DNA of 20,689 bases from Octopus sinensis (taxonomy: Eukaryota), in the NCBI RefSeq assembly GCF_006345805.1, contig NW_021823955.1:1-20689 (forward strand), read 5' to 3'. The position numbers and the translations under genes were made by a program. Below, piece by piece: positions 18,463 through 20,689 of the stretch. Positions within the stretch are counted from its first letter, which is position 1. The number at the start of each line of letters is the position of its first letter. Below the pieces are notes generated by a model. That model saw only the letters and a program-made list of their open reading frames with translations, ran no database searches and had not been told where the DNA came from.

Positions 18463-18730
18463 TAGCAAGTGTCTTTAGAATAGCCCCGGGCTGACCAACT
18501 GACCAACTGTCTATGTGATGCCTCGGAGTGAATTTGACAGACGCGTCTACATCAGACACGTGTGTGGTGTGTGTGTGTGTGTGTGTGTGTAGTCTTTGTG
18601 TTTGTGTCTCACCACATGAAAGCCGGTGCTGGTTTGTTTGCATCCTTCTGATATTATTATATCATCAGTTCGGCAAAAAATGATCGATGGCGTAAGTGGC
18701 TGACAAAAAAATAAGTAATTGGGTTGATTT
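18463..18730 (+). mobile_element. Old, diverged SINE family A-related copy
   Basis: GCAAGTGTCTT...ATAGCCCCGGGCTGACCAA, (TG)n, TTGTGTTTGT...GGTGCTGGTTTGTTT...GTTCGGCAAAA follow the family A module order. Confidence 0.6.
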
Positions 18731-18898
18731 CATCAACTAAATTCCAGCTGAGCCACAATTCAAATAAAAGAGTGGCTGCGCCCTCACGCACACATCTTCA
18801 AAATTCTAATCCCACCAACTCTTATAAAGAAATGACTATACCCATTGTAATTGCTGCGTCTACTATGGAAGACCACCTATGCACACACACACACACAC

Positions 18899-18967
<69 letters not shown>
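18899..18967. repeat. Perfect (ATCT)n microsatellite
   Basis: About 17 uninterrupted units. Confidence 0.95.
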
Positions 18968-18968
<1 letters not shown>

Positions 18969-18971
18969 GCA

Positions 18972-19147
18972 CAGGCGTGGGTGGCTGTGCGGTAAGAAGC
19001 TTGCTTCCCAACCTCATGGTTCCAGGTTCAGTCCCACTGCGTGGCACCTTGGGCAAGTACCTTCTACTATAGCCTCGGGCCGACCAAAGCCTTCTGAGTG
19101 GATTTGGTAGACGGAAACTGAAAGAAGCCCGTCGTATATATATATAT

Positions 19148-19179
<32 letters not shown>

Positions 19180-19190
19180 ATATAATATAT

Positions 19191-19225
<35 letters not shown>

Positions 19226-19308
19226 CATATATATATATATATATATATAATATATATATATATATATAGACCTATATATATATATTATATATATATATAT
19301 ATATATAC

Positions 19309-19340
<32 letters not shown>

Positions 19341-19613
19341 CTATATACGACATATATGTATGTATATATATAATATATATTATATGTGTTGTGTGTGTGT
19401 GTGTGTGTGTAAATGTTTGTGAGTCTGTGTTTGTCCCCCCAACATCGTTTGACAACCGATGCTAGTATGTTTACGTCCCCGTAACATTAGTGGTTCGGCA
19501 AAAGAGATCGATAGAATAAGTTTACAAAGAATAAGTCCTGGAGTCGATTTGTTCGACTAAAGGCGGTGCTCCAGCATGGCCACAGTCAAATGACTGAAAC
19601 AAGTATAAGAGTA
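18972..19613 (+). mobile_element. SINE family A, full length, with a greatly expanded internal (TA)n/(TG)n
   Basis: Head GGTGGCTGTGCGGT / GGTTCAGTCCC; internal microsatellite about 19135-19410; 3' module ends AAGTATAAGAGTA. Confidence 0.93.
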
Positions 19614-19805
19614 TACATATTTAGTCTCGCCGTTGCTTTTCCATAGCATATTTCTCACAGTGATACCAACCATATTTACTCATGTATAAACCGTAGTATT
19701 TTATAATTAATTTTTAACTGAGAAAATCCGAGATGCGCCTTGGACACGGGGCAAAGCTAAAACTTATAACGGAAAAAAAATCTGTATGAATATTTAAACC
19801 TAAAT

Positions 19806-19949
19806 AAGGCAGTGAGCTGATTGAATGGTTAGCAGTCGACTTTGCCTTTCAGGCTATCAGGATCGATAAAATAAGTACCAGTTGAAAGGTCGACGTAGTC
19901 GATTTAGCTCTTCCTTCGAAATTGCAGGCCTTGTGGCAAAATTTGAAAC
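19806..19949 (+). mobile_element. Internally deleted SINE family B
   Basis: AAGGCAGTGAGCTG...GTTAGCA joined directly to GTCGACTTTGCCTTTCA...GATAAAATAAGTACCAG...GGCCTTGTGGCAAAATTTGAAAC. Confidence 0.75.
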
Positions 19950-19997
19950 TAATGTTTAACTCTATATTAAGGGAGAGGCTTATATACGGGTGCGATT

Positions 19998-20262
19998 TCC
20001 ATCCAACCACTCATCTATCCATCCATTCCATCCATCCATCCATTCATCCATCAATCCAGCCAACCAGCCAGTCAGCCAACCAACCACCAGCCAGCTATCC
20101 AGCCAGCCAACAGTCAATCAATGAACATCCATTCGTCCGTCCGTCCGTTCATCGATTCTCCTGTACAATCGCTGGCCCATCCACCCCCAGCTTGCCTGCC
20201 TGCTTGTCTGATTGTCTGTCTGTCTGCCTGTTTGTCTGTTTGTCTGTTTGTCTGGCATCTAT
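19998..20262. repeat. Compound tetranucleotide array (CATC > CAGC/CAAC > CGTC > CTGC > CTGT/TTGT)
   Basis: Direct reading. Confidence 0.88.
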
Positions 20263-20392
20263 CCTGTATCAGAAGTAGCGATTGACAGATATGGAAGTCA
20301 ACAATTTGACTTCCATAGCAGGAAGTGCAGATGAGGGCAGCGGCATCAAACATCCTCATGCATCAAACGTCAATTTAAACATAACGACAAAT

Positions 20393-20689
20393 AGTAATAA
20401 TAATAATGATAATTCACCTCTGGAAACATGGGTGTTTCATTCAACATCCTTAAACAACCCTTAATCAGGGACGTTTTGAGCGGGATGGGTTACCCGACCA
20501 GAAGAAAATTCTAACTGGGCCCCACCCGCAAGGTCATGTGCTGTTTATTTTGATATGAGATCACCAAGTCGTGCACATATGGGTGTGATGCATGTGCCTC
20601 ATCAGACGGGTAGTCATGATGGGTATACTGAGCTTTGATGGCATGTGATGGTCTCCCACTCAATCATAATAATAATAAATACATAATAA
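20393..20689 (+). mobile_element. Probable (AAT)n-flanked retroposon
   Basis: Non-simple sequence bounded by (AAT)n on both sides, ending CCCACTCAATCATAATAATAA; resembles an octopus interspersed repeat I recall. Only one copy is in this window. Confidence 0.5.

Noticed and set aside
20273-20295. GPCR DRY motif in VAIDRY
   Set aside because: No flanking transmembrane segments; coincidental.
20560-20610. Hammerhead ribozyme (minus-strand CTGATGA followed by a GCACAT/ATGTGC stem)
   Set aside because: The required GAAA after stem II is absent (ACGAC instead) and stems I/III are not evident.

Overview
AT-rich, microsatellite- and transposon-dense animal genomic DNA. The repeat families and gene sequence point to a coleoid cephalopod, most likely Octopus (inferred from recalled repeat sequences, not from a search). 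The only host gene I can name is SRP72 (+ strand): its last three coding exons are 1158-1271, 1995-2034 and 3511-3673, with GT-AG introns and a continuous reading frame (PKNYD-PDPERWLP-RERSYYRG / KGTQG / DASK...KKKKKGKR*), followed by a CT/CA-rich 3' region. The rest is mainly mobile DNA: a full-length dead DD34D mariner (5364-6656), a dead DD37D maT-type Tc1/mariner (10162-~11355), a hAT MITE with a perfect 8-bp TSD and a nested SINE (7636-8295), a tentative AcademX-like ORF fragment joined to a C2H2-bearing LINE 3' end (15076-16350), several tRNA-derived SINE families and an (ATG)n-tailed retroposon. Most long ORFs in the ORF track are microsatellite artefacts. The best leads are inverted retroposon pairs bracketing two SRP72 exons (circRNA/ADAR potential), a Ser-for-Gly codon split across an SRP72 splice junction (possible A-to-I recoding), a possible antisense spliced transcript with a CpG-rich promoter-like island near 9.5 kb, an unexplained exon-like CpG-rich island at 17.33-17.47 kb, and a degenerate ~142-bp tandem repeat.
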